From: Malacoraja senta
Lineage: Eukaryota
DNA: 64,000 nucleotides
Reading direction: 5' to 3'
Assembly: GCA_038087875.1 (NCBI GenBank)
Contig: CM075995.1
Coordinates: forward strand, 10,480,001 to 10,544,000
The translations under genes were made by a program, and so were the position numbers. This document shows, piece by piece, positions 1-12,434 of this stretch. The notes under the pieces were generated by a model. That model did not search any database, was not told where the DNA came from, and was given only the letters and a program-made list of their open reading frames with translations. Numbering within the stretch: position 1 is the first letter of the stretch; each line of letters begins with the position of its first letter.

Positions 1-599
1 CCAAGCATGAACCTGTCTACAAATGCATTGCCTGAGAGATACGGTGCACATGTGGACATCCATTCAGCCCGGAGACCTCATGCTGATAGGCACCCACCAC
101 GCACCAACGAAATGCACACCTAATGAAACTCGATTGAAGAGTATCACTCTGCTATCATACTATTGAACTGTGCTATCTTTGAACTGTACTATTGAACTGT
201 GCTACCAATTGGTGTATGTGACAATACATGTCCTTTGTCCTTTGACCTTTTGTCCTTTTGTCCTATGTTGAGTAGTAGCGCAAACTCAATCTTTTAACGC
301 GTCAGTGCGGTGTATAAACGTAAATCCATAACATTGTAACAACATACCATGAAATCTATTGATTCTTCAACTTTACCTGGTGCTCTTGTCTGCGGCTTCA
401 TGGCACTGATGTACAGTATGATTTGATTCGATAGTAGAGACGATGGAATTCACTACATATCGCTTCACTTGATCATCGTATTCAATACGAATATCAATGA
501 GATACCCTGCTATTCCAAACCGGGTTATTACCGAAGGACTACATCCGTCGGTAATAAATCTCACCCTTTCGGCTCAGTGAGGTGTTTCCTACCCTACAG

Positions 600-879
600 A
601 AAACGTGGCGTTGAAATCAAGGCCGACCCAGTCCAGCACGTATCCAGGGGCAGGTGCTGAGAACGCCAACGACGGTAACAGCGACAGCGACTTCAGGCAT
701 GGTTCATGTGCGCGCACAAATAAATCCAAGAACCCTTGGTGGAGAGTCGATCTAAAGGAAAGGTACAACATGTCAGATGTAAGAATCACCAACAGAGCAG
801 ACTGCTGCTCGGACCACCTCGAAGGTGCCGAGATCCGCATCGGGGATTCGCTGGAGAACGATGGCAATTTCAACAGACT
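600..879 (+). CDS. F-type lectin domain 1, exon A (internal exon, phase 1-2)
   Basis: Acceptor ccctacAG at 598-599 and donor GTAAGT at 880. Translates (E)NVALKSRPTQSS..ANDGN..HGSCART..NPWWRVDL..ITNRADCCSDHLEGAEIRIG, the typical FTLD N-terminal two-thirds. Confidence 0.93.
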
Positions 880-1262
880 GTAAGTATTCGGAAACAATCG
901 CCGACTCTACTTACCTGTGGTGTCTTCTTCTGCAAATTCCACTGTCATTGCATTGATAAAATGATCTCACTGCAGAAAAAACTAAAATTGCGCCGCGCTC
1001 ATCCTGATGCGAGGGAAAATTATACAGAGCCGTTGTCCACTTATCCAGTGGCATGACTTGCTGACGTACATCTATAGCAATGGGTTCAACAAAACGATAT
1101 GCATAAGGCAACAATTAATTTATTTCGAATTGAGGGCCTGTCCCACTTGGCCATCATTTACGCGACAGTCCGATAGTAAGTGACGCGCGACAGTCGCACG
1201 ATGGTCGCGCGACGGTCTCGCGCATCATCACGCGCCTTCAAATATTGTATCTGCTCTGCAGA

Positions 1263-2071
1263 ATATAAAGCAGGATAGTAAAAGCTTCTTTAGGTATGTG
1301 AAGAGGAAAAAATTAGTTCAGACCAAAGTTGGACCCTTGAGGGTGAATTTATTATGGGGAAGTAGGAAATGGCAGATGAGTTGAACAGGTACTTTGGATC
1401 TGTCTTCACTAAGGAGGACACAAACAATCTTCCTGATATAGTAGTGGCCAGATGATCTGGAGTGACGAAGGAAATGAATGAAATCCACATTAGGCAGGAA
1501 ATGGTGTTGTATAGACTGATGACCCAGAAGGCTGATCCACAGGAGCTGATGGTCTACATCCCAGGGTACTTAAGAAAGTGGCTCTAGAAATCGTGGATGC
1601 ATTGGTGATAACTTTTCAATGTTCTATAGACTCAGGATCAGTTCCTGTGGATTGGAGGGTAGCTAATGTTATCCCACTTTTCAAGAAAGGCGGGAGAGAG
1701 AAAACAGGGAATTATAGACCAGTTAGCCTGACATCGGTGGTGGGGAAGATGCTGGAGTCAATTATAAAAGTTGAGATAGCCGAACATTTGGATAGCAGTA
1801 ACAGGATCGGTCCGAGCCAACATGGATTTATGAAGGGGAAATCATGCTTGACTAATCTTCTGGAATTGTTTGAAGTTGTAACTAGGAAAAGAGAGAAAGA
1901 AGAGCCAGTGGATGTAGTGTACCTGGCCTTTCAGAAATCATTTGATAAGGTCCCACATAGGAGATTAGTGGGCAAAATTAGGGCACATGGTATTGGGGGT
2001 AGAGTGCTGACATGGAAAGAGAAGTGGTTGGCAGACAGGAAACAAAGAATAGGGATTAACGGTTCCATATT
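1263..2071 (+). mobile_element. CR1-clade LINE ORF2 fragment
   Basis: PVDWRVANVIPLFKKG..GNYRPVSLTSVVGK..QHGF.KGKSCLTNL reverse-transcriptase N-terminal motifs, with stops. Confidence 0.9.
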
Positions 2072-2129
2072 CAGGTAACCAATGCCTATTATTAAGCATC
2101 ATGCAGGCTCGATCCACTCAGGGCTCCCT

Positions 2130-2260
2130 GTGAACGAACTGCAGATGAAGGTTTCAACCGAAGATAGACACAAGAAGGTGGCGTAACTCAGCCGATCGGA
2201 GAGTAACACTATAGAAAAGGAATAGCAGACGTTTCGGGTCGAGACCCTCCTTCAGCGTAT
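2130..2260 (-). mobile_element. Penelope-like pseudo-LTR fragment with degenerate hammerhead motif (2228-2255)
   Basis: Reverse complement reads CTGAAGG-A-GGGTCTCGACCC-GAAAC-GTC; flanks match the other pLTR copies in the window. Confidence 0.6.
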
Positions 2261-2490
2261 CAGTCTCCAGGGACGATGTCTGACCCGCAAGGCTACTTAT
2301 CTATCCGCAACCTCCGCTGTTCTGAACAGGAGCAAGAGGATACGATGCCGTCAATTGCCGCGGGAGCACCACATATCCCTGGAATGTTTCATCGGTGCAC
2401 CACCACAGGCCTACTATAACTTTTGACACGCTTCCTTATACGCACGATCGAGACAATGGCATCTTACCTTTACATACTCATCTTTTTTAG

Positions 2491-2651
2491 CTGTGGAGTC
2501 GTTGATTCTGTTTCTGGGACGACATTGACTTTCAATTGCGGTGGATTTGTCGGTCGATATGTGAACATCATCATCCCAGGCCCGGATCAAATCTTAACCC
2601 TGTGCGAGGTTGAGATATTTGGTTCAGAACTCCCGTACTTCCATGGAAAAG
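2491..2651 (+). CDS. F-type lectin domain 1, exon B (phase 2-1)
   Basis: Acceptor tttttAG and donor GTAGG. Translates CGVVDSVSGTTLTFNCGGFVGRYVNIIIPGPDQILTLCEVEIFG, the FTLD C-terminal GRYV..LCEVEV motif. Confidence 0.93.
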
Positions 2652-2887
2652 GTAGGCTGAACCCGCTGAGGCTCCGCCGCACAGCTTAGTTGAGCGAGTC
2701 TCCCGCTGATAATGTTTGAGATTAATAACATCACTGAAGACAAGTACCGGAATTCCCAACGCTCTGCTCTTTGCTATTCTCAATGTAATCGCCAGTCTTT
2801 CACCCTACATTTGTCCAAGCACGAGCCTGTCTACGAGTGCAATACATGAGAGAATCGCTGCACATGCCCACAGCCATTCAGTCCGAG

Positions 2888-3410
2888 ACATAGAAACATA
2901 GAAAATAGGTAGCTTATCCAGTCCTTTTATAATTGTATATGTTTCTATGAGATCCCCCTCATTTTTCTAAACTCCAGTGAATAGAAGCCTAGTCATTTCA
3001 ATCTTTCCTCATATGACAGTCCCGCCATCCCAGGGATCAATCTCGTGAACCTACAATGCACTGCCTCAGTCACAGGGATGTCCTTCCTCAAATTAGGAGA
3101 CCAAAACTGTACGCAATACTCCAGATGTAGTCTTACCAGAGCCCTATACAAGTGCAGAAGAACCTCTCCACTCCTATACTGAAATCATCTTGTTATGCAG
3201 GCCAACATTCCATTAGCTTTCTTCACTGCCTGCTGTACCTGCACGCCAACTTTCAGTGACCGGTGTACAAGGACACCCAGGTCTCGCTGTACCTCCCCCT
3301 TACCTAACTTAACCCCATTGAGTTAATAATCTGCCCCCTTGTTTTTGCCACCAAAGTGGATACCCTCACATTTATCTATATTTTACTGCAATTGCCACGC
3401 ATCTGCCACA
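2888..3410 (-). mobile_element. CR1 LINE 3' fragment with internal deletion
   Basis: (CATAGAAA)n tail plus sequence near-identical to the CR1 at 13240-13740. Confidence 0.85.
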
Positions 3411-4380
3411 CGACCTAATACGAATACGCGCCAGCCTCGCACCAACGAAATGCACACCTCATGAAACACACTTGAAGATTATCACCCTGCTATCAGATTA
3501 TTGAACGGTCCTCACTTGAAAAGTCGTGCAATCCCATTATTTTAACGCCTCTGTTCTGTGTTGGGTTATATTTTCCATAACCGTAAACCCATTACAATGT
3601 AACACCATACCATGAAATCTATTGATTTTTCAACTTGACCTGTTGCTTGATTTGATTAGATTTGATAGTAGAGACGAGGGCATTCACTACATCGCACTTC
3701 ACTTGAGCATAGTAAAGCAAAGCACGGTATCACATCCTAGTTGAGCGAGTCTCCAGCTGATAGTCTTCCTGGAGTCCAGAACCGACTTTCCCTCCACCCT
3801 ACCCTATTTCCATTCTTAGTTTAATCGTCTTTGACCCTCGCAAACATGATCCTGTATATGAGTGAAACCCCCGAGACACTCGGTGCACGCACCCTCATCC
3901 ATTCAGTCAGGAGACATTTTCCCAACATCCATTCAGTCCGGAGACATAAGCACCAGCCACGCAACAACAAATTGCACACCTACTGAAACACCCTAGTAGA
4001 ATATCTCCCCGCTACAGACCACTGAATGGTCCTCCTTTGAGTTGTTGTGCAATCCCGATCATTTAATCTGCCGCAGCGCGATTCTTGGACTTATTTTTTA
4101 TAACCGTAAACTATAATACTGTAACACCATGTTATGCAACCTATTGTTTTTTTTACTTTTCACTTTACCTGTTGCTCTTGTGCGAGGCTTCATAGAAATG
4201 ATGTGTGATATGATTTGAGTGGATAGTACAAACAAGGGTTTCCACTGCACCTCACTTCACGGCCATACTAAAGCAATACGATATCAATGAAATACATTGA
4301 TCCAAACCGTGATAGAAAGCCTAATCCGTCGGCATTAAATATCTCCCTTGCGGCTCAGTGAGGTTTTTCCCAACGAACAG

Positions 4381-4660
4381 AAAATGTGGCATTCGGAAAA
4401 CCGTCGACCCAGTCCAGCACGTATCGATGGGCAGGTGCTGCGCGAGCCAATGACGGTAACAGCGATACCGACTTCACGCATGGCTCATGCACACGCACAA
4501 GGAAATCCAAGAACCCTTGGTGGAGAGTCGATCTAATAGAGATCTTCAACGTGTCAGATGTACGAATCACCAACAGAGCAGACTGCTGCTCCGACCGGCT
4601 CCGTGGAGCGGAGATCCGTATCGGGAACTCACTGGCGAATGATGGCAATTCCAACGGGCT
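4381..4660 (+). CDS. F-type lectin domain 2, exon A
   Basis: Acceptor aacAG and donor GTGAGT; 280 bp. NVAFGKPSTQSS..ANDGN..SCTRT..PWWRVDL..NRADCCSDRLRGAEIRIG. Confidence 0.93.
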
Positions 4661-4933
4661 GTGAGTATTCAGAAGCAAACGCCGACTCTATTCAGCTGCG
4701 GTGTCTTATTTTGTAAGTTCCACTGTTGCTGGAGCAGGGACGACATAAGTGGGAAATAGAGTGAAGCTGCAGGTTATGACCGATCTAAATGCAGAAAGCT
4801 GAATCTGAGAACACGATCCAGATGCGAGTGAAAATTACATGGAGCCGCAGACCACTTATTCAGTGTCACGAGCTGCTGATGTACTTGCAGATGAATGGAG
4901 TACCTTCAAAACAACGAGATCAATACATTTGTA

Positions 4934-5060
4934 GACAAAAGTGCTGGAGAAACTCAGCGGGTGCAGCAGCATCTATGGAGCGAAGGAAATAGGTAACGTT
5001 TCGCGCCGAAACCCTTCTTCAAGTCCGCTGCAGTTATCTGCAGTTCTTTCTTAAACTCTT
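4934..5060. mobile_element. Short Penelope-pLTR-derived insertion with target-site duplication
   Basis: Flanked by caatacatttgta at 4921-4933 and 5061-5073. Contains a hammerhead-like motif on the minus strand (4995-5022, C3 to U). Confidence 0.7.
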
Positions 5061-5370
5061 CAATACATTTGTAATTGAAATTCATTCAAATTATGTAGTA
5101 TTGAGCAATCTGATTGCAGTAGCAATGTTCAACGATCAAGCAGTCCCTACCCAGACAAAGTTTCCTATGTATCCGGACCCTCTCCGTTCTTAGTTATTTT
5201 TTCAGGACAGAAGCAACTGGGCAGGATGCCTGAGGTAGCCGCAGGAGCCCCCTGCACCCAAGGAATATGTCTTCAGTTCACCAACGCAGGCCTATGATAA
5301 CTTTTGACACGCTTCCTCATCGGCATGACCGAAACAGTGGCGTCTCACCTTTAAACCTCATCTCTTTCAG

Positions 5371-5531
5371 CTGTGGAATCGTTGATTCCGTTTCTGTGAC
5401 GAAATTGATCTTCCATTGTGGTGGACTTGTCGGTCGATATGTGAACATCATCATCCCGGGCCAGAATAAAATATTTCACCTGTGCGAGGTTGAGATCTTC
5501 GGTACGGAACACTCGTCTTTATCTGGAACAG
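5371..5531 (+). CDS. F-type lectin domain 2, exon B
   Basis: Acceptor tttcAG and donor GTACG; 161 bp. CGIVDSVSVTKLIFHCGGLVGRYVNIIIPGQNKIFHLCEVEIFGTEHSSLSGT. Confidence 0.92.
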
Positions 5532-5574
5532 GTACGCTGAACTTCTTGCTGACGCTCTGGCTCTACACCGCATC

Positions 5575-8500
5575 AAATCTTATTTGGACAAAGATGGCGC
5601 CTGCCTGCGGCGACTTTTGCAAAGCACAAGAACATAAAAGGATCCCCTACAACTCCCAACAATTCACCCGCATCAGGGAAACAGCAGAAATCGGTGCCCA
5701 TCCGGATAAGCTGCTTGGGCACCTGAAGGCTCTTGCAATTTCGCGATCTCCCGCAGCTGCGGGAGCCCCAGACTTTAAACTTTCCTACGCTCGCTGGCAA
5801 TCACCCGACCCGACGGAGGAACGCAGGTACTGTACCTGGAAACTCCGGGATGACCTCCAGAGCCGACGAGCTGGATCTTCCAGGAACAACGGAACTGGAG
5901 CTGCCCACTTTGAGGGTACCCAAGTTAGTTACGGAGCTGGAGCTGCCGTCTGTGAAGGAATCCCCTTTCCAGCGCAGTTTCGCAGAAGCAGCAGATACAG
6001 TAAACACAGTACCTGGAAATAAAGGGGAGGCCTCCATTGTGTCCGGAAACGTGGCCGACGGGCAGGACTTCGTCAGACTGTAGCGCAGGGGACTTCGGCT
6101 ACCTCTCCCTACTATCCTACTGGCCAATGTACAGTACCTTGAAAATAAAGTGGAGGACTTAAGGGCAAGGCTGCTTTATAAAAGGGAGCTGAGGGAATGC
6201 TCTGTGTTCTGTTTCACAGAGTCATGGCTCACCCCCAGATCCCCAGACTCAACGGTCCTGTCCAGCCTGGAGGGTTCTCCATCCACCGTATAGACCGTAC
6301 ACTGGCATCTGGAAACGGGAGAGGATGGGGCGTCTGCCTTAAGGGTCAACTCTGCGTGGTGCTCAGACGTGGTAGTCCTGTCCAACTCCTGCTTTCCGCA
6401 CCTCGAACATCTGGCGGTGAAGTGCCGTCCCTTCTACCTCCCAAGGGAATTCACCTCCATCATCCTGACCGCGGTCGACATCCCACCCCAAGGCAGACGT
6501 CCGTCTGGCACTGGAGGAGCTGCACGCCGTGGTCAACAAGCACCAGACGTCTTACCCAGAGGCGTTCACCACCATAGCTGGGGACTTCAATAAAGCCAAC
6601 CTGAAGATATCGCTCCCAAACTTCCAGCAACATGTCCCCTGCTGCACCAGAGGACCAAACACCCTCGACCACTGCTACATCACCATTAAGAATGCCTACC
6701 GCTCTATCCCTCGCCCTCACTTCGGTAAATCCGACCATACCGCGGTGCTGCTTCTTCCTGCCTACAGGCAGCAACTGAGGAGCGCACCCCCCGAGGTGAG
6801 GACTGCACAGATCTGGCCGGGGTGGGGGGGGTGGGGGCAGAGGAACAACTGCAGGACTGTTTGGAATGCGTAGACTGGGCAATGTTCAGGGAATCGGCAA
6901 CGGCCCTGAACGAATACGCCACAGTCGTTACAGACGTCATAGAGAAATGTGTGGAGGACTGCATTCCAACAAAAACCTTCCGAGTGTTTCCCAATCAGAA
7001 ACCTTGGATAAACTATGAGATCTGCACTCTTCTGAAGATCAGACACCGGGCATTCATGTCTGATGATACAGTGGTATACAAGAAGTCCAGTTACGACCTT
7101 GGTAAGGCCATCATAAAGGCCAAAAGTTACTTCAAATTGGAGGATGAGACAGATGTTTGGTAGATGGGACTAGGGGGAAGTATTTATTTTTAATTTTTTT
7201 AAAAATTTAAAAAAAATGTTCGGCACGGACTTGAAGGGCCGAGATGGCCTGTTTCCGTGCTGTTATGGTTATATGGTTATATGGTTATATAGCTGTGGCG
7301 GGGCTTGAATGCAATCACCTCCTACTAGGCGAGATCAGGAGGCAGCTCGAATGTCGGAAAAACATCACTCCCTGACGAGCTCAATGCGTTTTACGCACGC
7401 TTTGATCGGGAGAACACTGATGTGCCTTCTCGAGCCCCCATTCGCTGTGATGGTATTTCAGTCACAGGCACAGAGGCCGACGTCCGAAAATCCTTCAGAG
7501 GGGTGAACCCTCGAAAAGGTCGTGTTCTAAAAACCTGTGCGGACCAACTGGCTGGAGCTTTTACGGACATTTTCAACTATCACTTCTGAGGTCTGAGGTT
7601 CCCACCTGCTTTAAAAGGGCATCAGTTATACCGGTGCCCAAAAAGAGCAAGGTGACGTGCCTCAATGACTATCGACAAGTGGCACTAACGTCTGTGGTGA
7701 TTAAGTGCTTTGAGAGGTTGATCATGGCGCAAATCAACTCCAACCTCGACAAAACCCTGGACGCACTGTAGTTCGCTTACCGTCACAACAGATCAACGGT
7801 GGATGTGATCTCGCTGGCTCTACATTCCGCTCTGGACCACTTGGACAACAAAAACTCATATGTCAGGCTGTTATTCATTGATTACAGCTCGGCATTTAAT
7901 ACAATCATCCTCTCCAAGCTGGTTACCAAACTCGCATAACTGGGTCTCTGCGCATCCCTATGCAATTGGATCCTCGACTTCCTCATTTACAGACCACAGT
8001 CAGTTCGTATTGGTGGAAATGTGTCAGCCTCAATAACAATCAGCACGGGAGCACCTCAAGGCTGCGTGCTTAGCCCCCAGCTGTACTCACTCTATATTCA
8101 TGTCTGCGTAGCCGGTCGTAGTGCGAATTCCATCATCCAGTTCGCTGCCGATACTACTGTTGTAGGACGTATCACTGATGGGGACGAGACAGAGTACAGA
8201 AGTGAGATCGACCGACTGACCAAATGGTGCCAGCACAATAACCTGGCCCACAACACCAGCAAAACCAAGGAACATATTGTGGACGTTGGAAGTGGGAGGA
8301 TGGGGACCCACAGTCCCGTTTATATCAACGGGTTGATGGTGGAAAGGGGCAAGAGGGTCAAATTCCTGGGCGTGCACATCTGAAGATCTCTCCTGGTCCG
8401 AGAATACTGATGCAATCATAAAGTAAGCACATCAGCGCCTCTACTTCCTGAGAAGATTACGGAGAGTCGGTTTGTCAAGGAGGACTCTCTTTAACTTCTA

Positions 8501-9033
8501 CAGGTGCACAGTGGAGAGCATGCTGACTGGTTGCATCGTGGCTTGGTTCGGAAACTTGAGCGCCCTTGAGCGGAAAAGACTACAAAACGTGGTAAACACT
8601 ACCCAGTCCATCATCGGCTCTGACCTGCCGTCCATCGAGGGGATCTAACACAGTCGCTGCCTCATAAAGGCTGGCAGCTTCATCAAGGACCCACACCATC
8701 CGGGCCATACAGTCATCTCCCCACTACCTTCAGTAAGTAGGTACAGGAGCCTGAAGACTGCAACGACCAGGTTCAGGAACAGCTACTTCCCCACAGCCAT
8801 CAGGCTATTAAACTCGGCTCGGACAAAACTTTGAACATTAATAGCCAATAATCTGTTTATTTGCACTTTATCAGTTTAATTATTCATGTGTGTATATATT
8901 TATGCAATGATATATGGACACACTGATCTGTTCAGTATTCGTGCCTACTGTGTTCTGTTGTGCTAAAGCAAAGCAAGAATTTCCTTGTCCCATCAGGGAC
9001 ACATGACAATAAAACTCTCTTGAACTCTTGAAC
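5575..9033 (+). mobile_element. Near full-length Rex1/Babar-like LINE (APE + RT), degenerate
   Basis: FTESWL, CRPFYLPREFTSIILTAV, AGDFN, SDH endonuclease motifs and [17 protein letters not shown] motifs. 3' AATAAA plus (CTCTTGAA)n tail. The host intron resumes at 9034 (tcccgctgataa, matching 2701). Confidence 0.85.
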
Positions 9034-9324
9034 TCCCGCTGATAAAGTCTGAGGATAACTACCTTCCTGAAGCACAGTGCCGTCTTTCTCAACAACCATG
9101 CACTTTATCATTCTTATTTAAATTCCCTGTCTTGGACCCTCATGTTGTCTAAACATAATCCGGTCTATGAATGAAATCCCCGAGACACTCGGTGCACGCA
9201 CCGTCATCCATTCAGTCCGCAGACCTGAAGCAAATAAACACCAGCCACACAGCGACGAATTGCGCACCTATTGAAACACTTTTAAATCGTATCTGTCCGC
9301 CATCAGACTACCGAGCTCTTGAGT

Positions 9325-10800
9325 TACAGGATCAAATAATCATAGTTTTACAGCTTGGAAACAGGCCCTCGGACCCAACCGGCCATCGAGTCCCACCTTT
9401 CGTCCCATATCCCTCTGAACCTGTCATATCCATGTACCTCACTAAACATTTCTGAAATGTCGCGATAGTACCTGCCTCAACCTATAGGAACTCGTTCCAT
9501 ACCTCTGCCATCTTTTGCGTGGAAATGTTACCTCTATGGTTCTTATCAAATCCCACTCACCTTAAAGCCACGATTCTCGATTCCCCGACTGTCGGCAGGA
9601 GGCTCCGAGCGTCTAACCGATAAATGCCTCATGATTTTATACACCTATATATGATATCATATATATCATCCTCCTGCGCTCCAAGGGATAGTCATATCTT
9701 GCTAAACCTCTCCACATAGCTCAGACCCTCGAGTTCTGTCAAAACACTCGTAGATCTTCTCTGCACCCTTTCCAGTTGACAACATCTTTCCTATAACATG
9801 GTGGCCAAAACTGAACACAATGTTCTAAATGCGGCCTCATCAACGTCTTACACAACTGCAACATGACCTCTCAGCTTCCATATTCAATGCTGTGACTGAT
9901 GAAGGCCAATGTGCCACGCACCTTTGTGACCACCCTATCTACCTGTGGTGCCATTTTCACCGAATTGTGTACCTGTATTCCTCGATCCCTCTGCTCCACA
10001 ATCTTACTCAGAATACCACCGTTGTGGATGTTCTGCCCATGTGATTCCTCCCAAAATGCAACACCTCATATTTCTCTTTATTAAATTCCACCAATCATTC
10101 CTCAAGTCCCCTGCCCAATCGATCAAGATCCTACTGCAAATGTTGACAAAAATCTTCACTGGCTACATATGCAAACTTGCTAATCTTACCGTGTATGTTC
10201 TCATGACAAACAGCAAAGGGCCCAGTACCGAAACCCGAGGCAAACCACCAATCACAATCTTCCAGTCCGAAAAGCAGCCTTCCACCACCAACCTCTGCTT
10301 CCTTCCATGAAGCCAATTTTCTATCCATTCAGTTCTCTCTCTTTGAGTGGCATTTCCCCTCTAAACCTCCACAGCAGCCAACCATTCGGAACGTTGTTAA
10401 ATGCCTCAGTAAAATCCATGTATACAACGACTGTAGTTCTGACATCATCTACTAATTTTGGTCACATCTTGAAAGAAAATTTAATTTGGTGAGACACGAC
10501 CTCCAACACACAGAACCATGTTGACTATCCCTGATCTGCACGTCCATCTAAGTGCATGTATATCCTATCCGCCAGAATAATCTCTTGTAACTTGCCGAGC
10601 ACAGATGTCAATCTCGCTGGCCTGTATTTCCCAGCCCTACCCTACAGCCCGTCTTGAATAGAGGCACAGCATTTGCCTCCCTCCAGTCTTCCGACACCTC
10701 ACCTGCATGTAACGACGACATAAATCTCAGCGAGGGCTCGTGCAATTTCCTCTCTAGCTCCCCACAATGCCCGTGGACAAATCTGATCAGTTGTAGTGCA
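9325..10800 (-). mobile_element. Old CR1 LINE fragment
   Basis: Degenerate ORF2 (EDWREANAVPLFK) and a CR1-type 3' region. Confidence 0.75.
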
Positions 10801-11133
10801 ATCCCCACCTTTTACCGTGCGTCAGTGCGCTTCTTGAACTTATTTTCTAAAGCCATAAAGATATAACGCTGTTACACTAAACGATCCTGTTACACTAAAC
10901 TCTATTCTACTTTACCTGTTGCCCTTATGTGCGGATTCACTGCACCGATGTATAGTATGATTTAATCGGTTAGTGCAAACAAGGGTTTCCACTGCGTCGC
11001 GGTTCAATTGAACGTAGCAATTCGAATATCAATTAAATGCACTTCAGATTCAAACCTTGATAGAAGGTTTAGATCCGTCGGCATCAAATATCATGGAATA
11101 ATGTGCGTCAGTCATATATTTCCCACCCAACAG

Positions 11134-11413
11134 CAATCGTTGCATTCGGACGACCGCCGACCCAGTCAAGCACGGATAAAGACAGAACTCCTGAACAAGC
11201 CATTGACGGGAACAGCGACAGCGACTTTAGGCATGGCTCATGCGCGCGCACCAGGAAATCCATGAACCCTTGGTGGAGAGTGGAACTAAAGGAAAGCTAC
11301 AGCGTGTCAGATGTAAAAATCACCAACAGAGCAGACTGCTGCTCGGAACAGCTCCAAGGAGCCGAAATCCGCATCGGGGACTCGCTGGAGAACGATGGCA
11401 ATTCCAACAGACT
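11134..11413 (+). CDS. F-type lectin domain 3, exon A
   Basis: Acceptor caacAG and donor GTAAGT; 280 bp. IVAFGRPPTQSS..AIDGN..SCART..PWWRVEL..NRADCCSEQLQGAEIRIG. Confidence 0.93.
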
Positions 11414-11990
11414 GTAAGTATTTAGAAACAAACGCCGACGTAATTCAGCTGCGGTATATTTTTCTGCAAGTTCCATTATTACTGTTGCGGTGTTAACCTG
11501 AATGGGAAACAGAGAGAAGCTGCAGGATAAGACTGATCTCACTGCAGAAAAAAATGAACCTGTGCACCGCCGATGCAGATGCGAGAGAACATGATATAGT
11601 ACCGTAGGCCAGTGGAAAAGGCTGCCGACGTATCTCTACAGCGGTGGGTTCAATGAAAGGATATTATTATATCAGCATTTAAAATTAACTCAAATTATGT
11701 AATATCGAACAAACGGATTGCAGTGGAAATGTTCTGGTTACCAGTCCCTAATGGTGACGGATCATGCACTCCCTGTCCAGACAAGGCCACCTATGTAACC
11801 GGGTCCTCTCCTGTTCCGAGCTATTTGTTTGTGACAGAAGCCAGTGGGGAGGATGCCGGAGTAGCCACGGGAGCCCCCATACATCGCATACGCCTCTCAT
11901 CAGTTCACCAGCACAGGCCTACGATAACAAACGCTTTCTCATCCGTGGTAATCGAGATTGCGGAGTCTCACTTTCAATCATCTTTTTCAG

Positions 11991-12376
11991 CTGTGGAACC
12001 GTTGATTCAGTTGCTTTGACAACACTTACCTTCAATTGTGATGGAATTGTTGGTCGATATGTGAACATCTTCTTGCCGGGACAGGATAAAATCTTGACCC
12101 TGTGCGAGGTTGAGATATTTGGTTCAAAACTTCCTGCTACTCATATCCCGTTAGAACAGGACACGACACCCCCGTCCGCACCTGAAACGGAAGAACAAAC
12201 TCCCGTCCATATCCCGTCCGTAAAGGGAACGGAACACCCGCCAATATCTGGAAACAAACTCCCGTTCACACCCGGAACGAAAATCCCGCCAACAACCGGA
12301 AAGAAGGTTTCGTCTGTATCTGGAGCTATTCTCCGGCCCGTACCTGGAACGAATCTACCATCTGCAACTGAAACAG
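11991..12376 (+). CDS. F-type lectin domain 3, exon B with ~75 aa Pro/Thr-rich linker extension
   Basis: Acceptor tttcAG. Donor G|GTAGG at 12377, followed by sequence homologous to the domain-1 donor context (gtaggct..aacgccccgctaaggct). GRYVNIFLPG..LCEVEIFG then a P/T-rich tail. Confidence 0.88.
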
Positions 12377-12434
12377 GTAGGCTCAACGCCCCGCTAAGGC
12401 TGTGATTGTAGACACTGAGGCATTCTCAGACATG

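Noticed and set aside
605..883. ORF-track lectin ORFs treated as stand-alone genes starting at GTG/TTG
   Set aside because: They are internal exons; the apparent stops lie within the GTAAGT/GTGAGT splice donors.
1133..1240. CpG-rich segment starting gggcctgtcccactt, a possible DNA-transposon TIR
   Set aside because: No matching second TIR was found in the window, so it cannot be classified.
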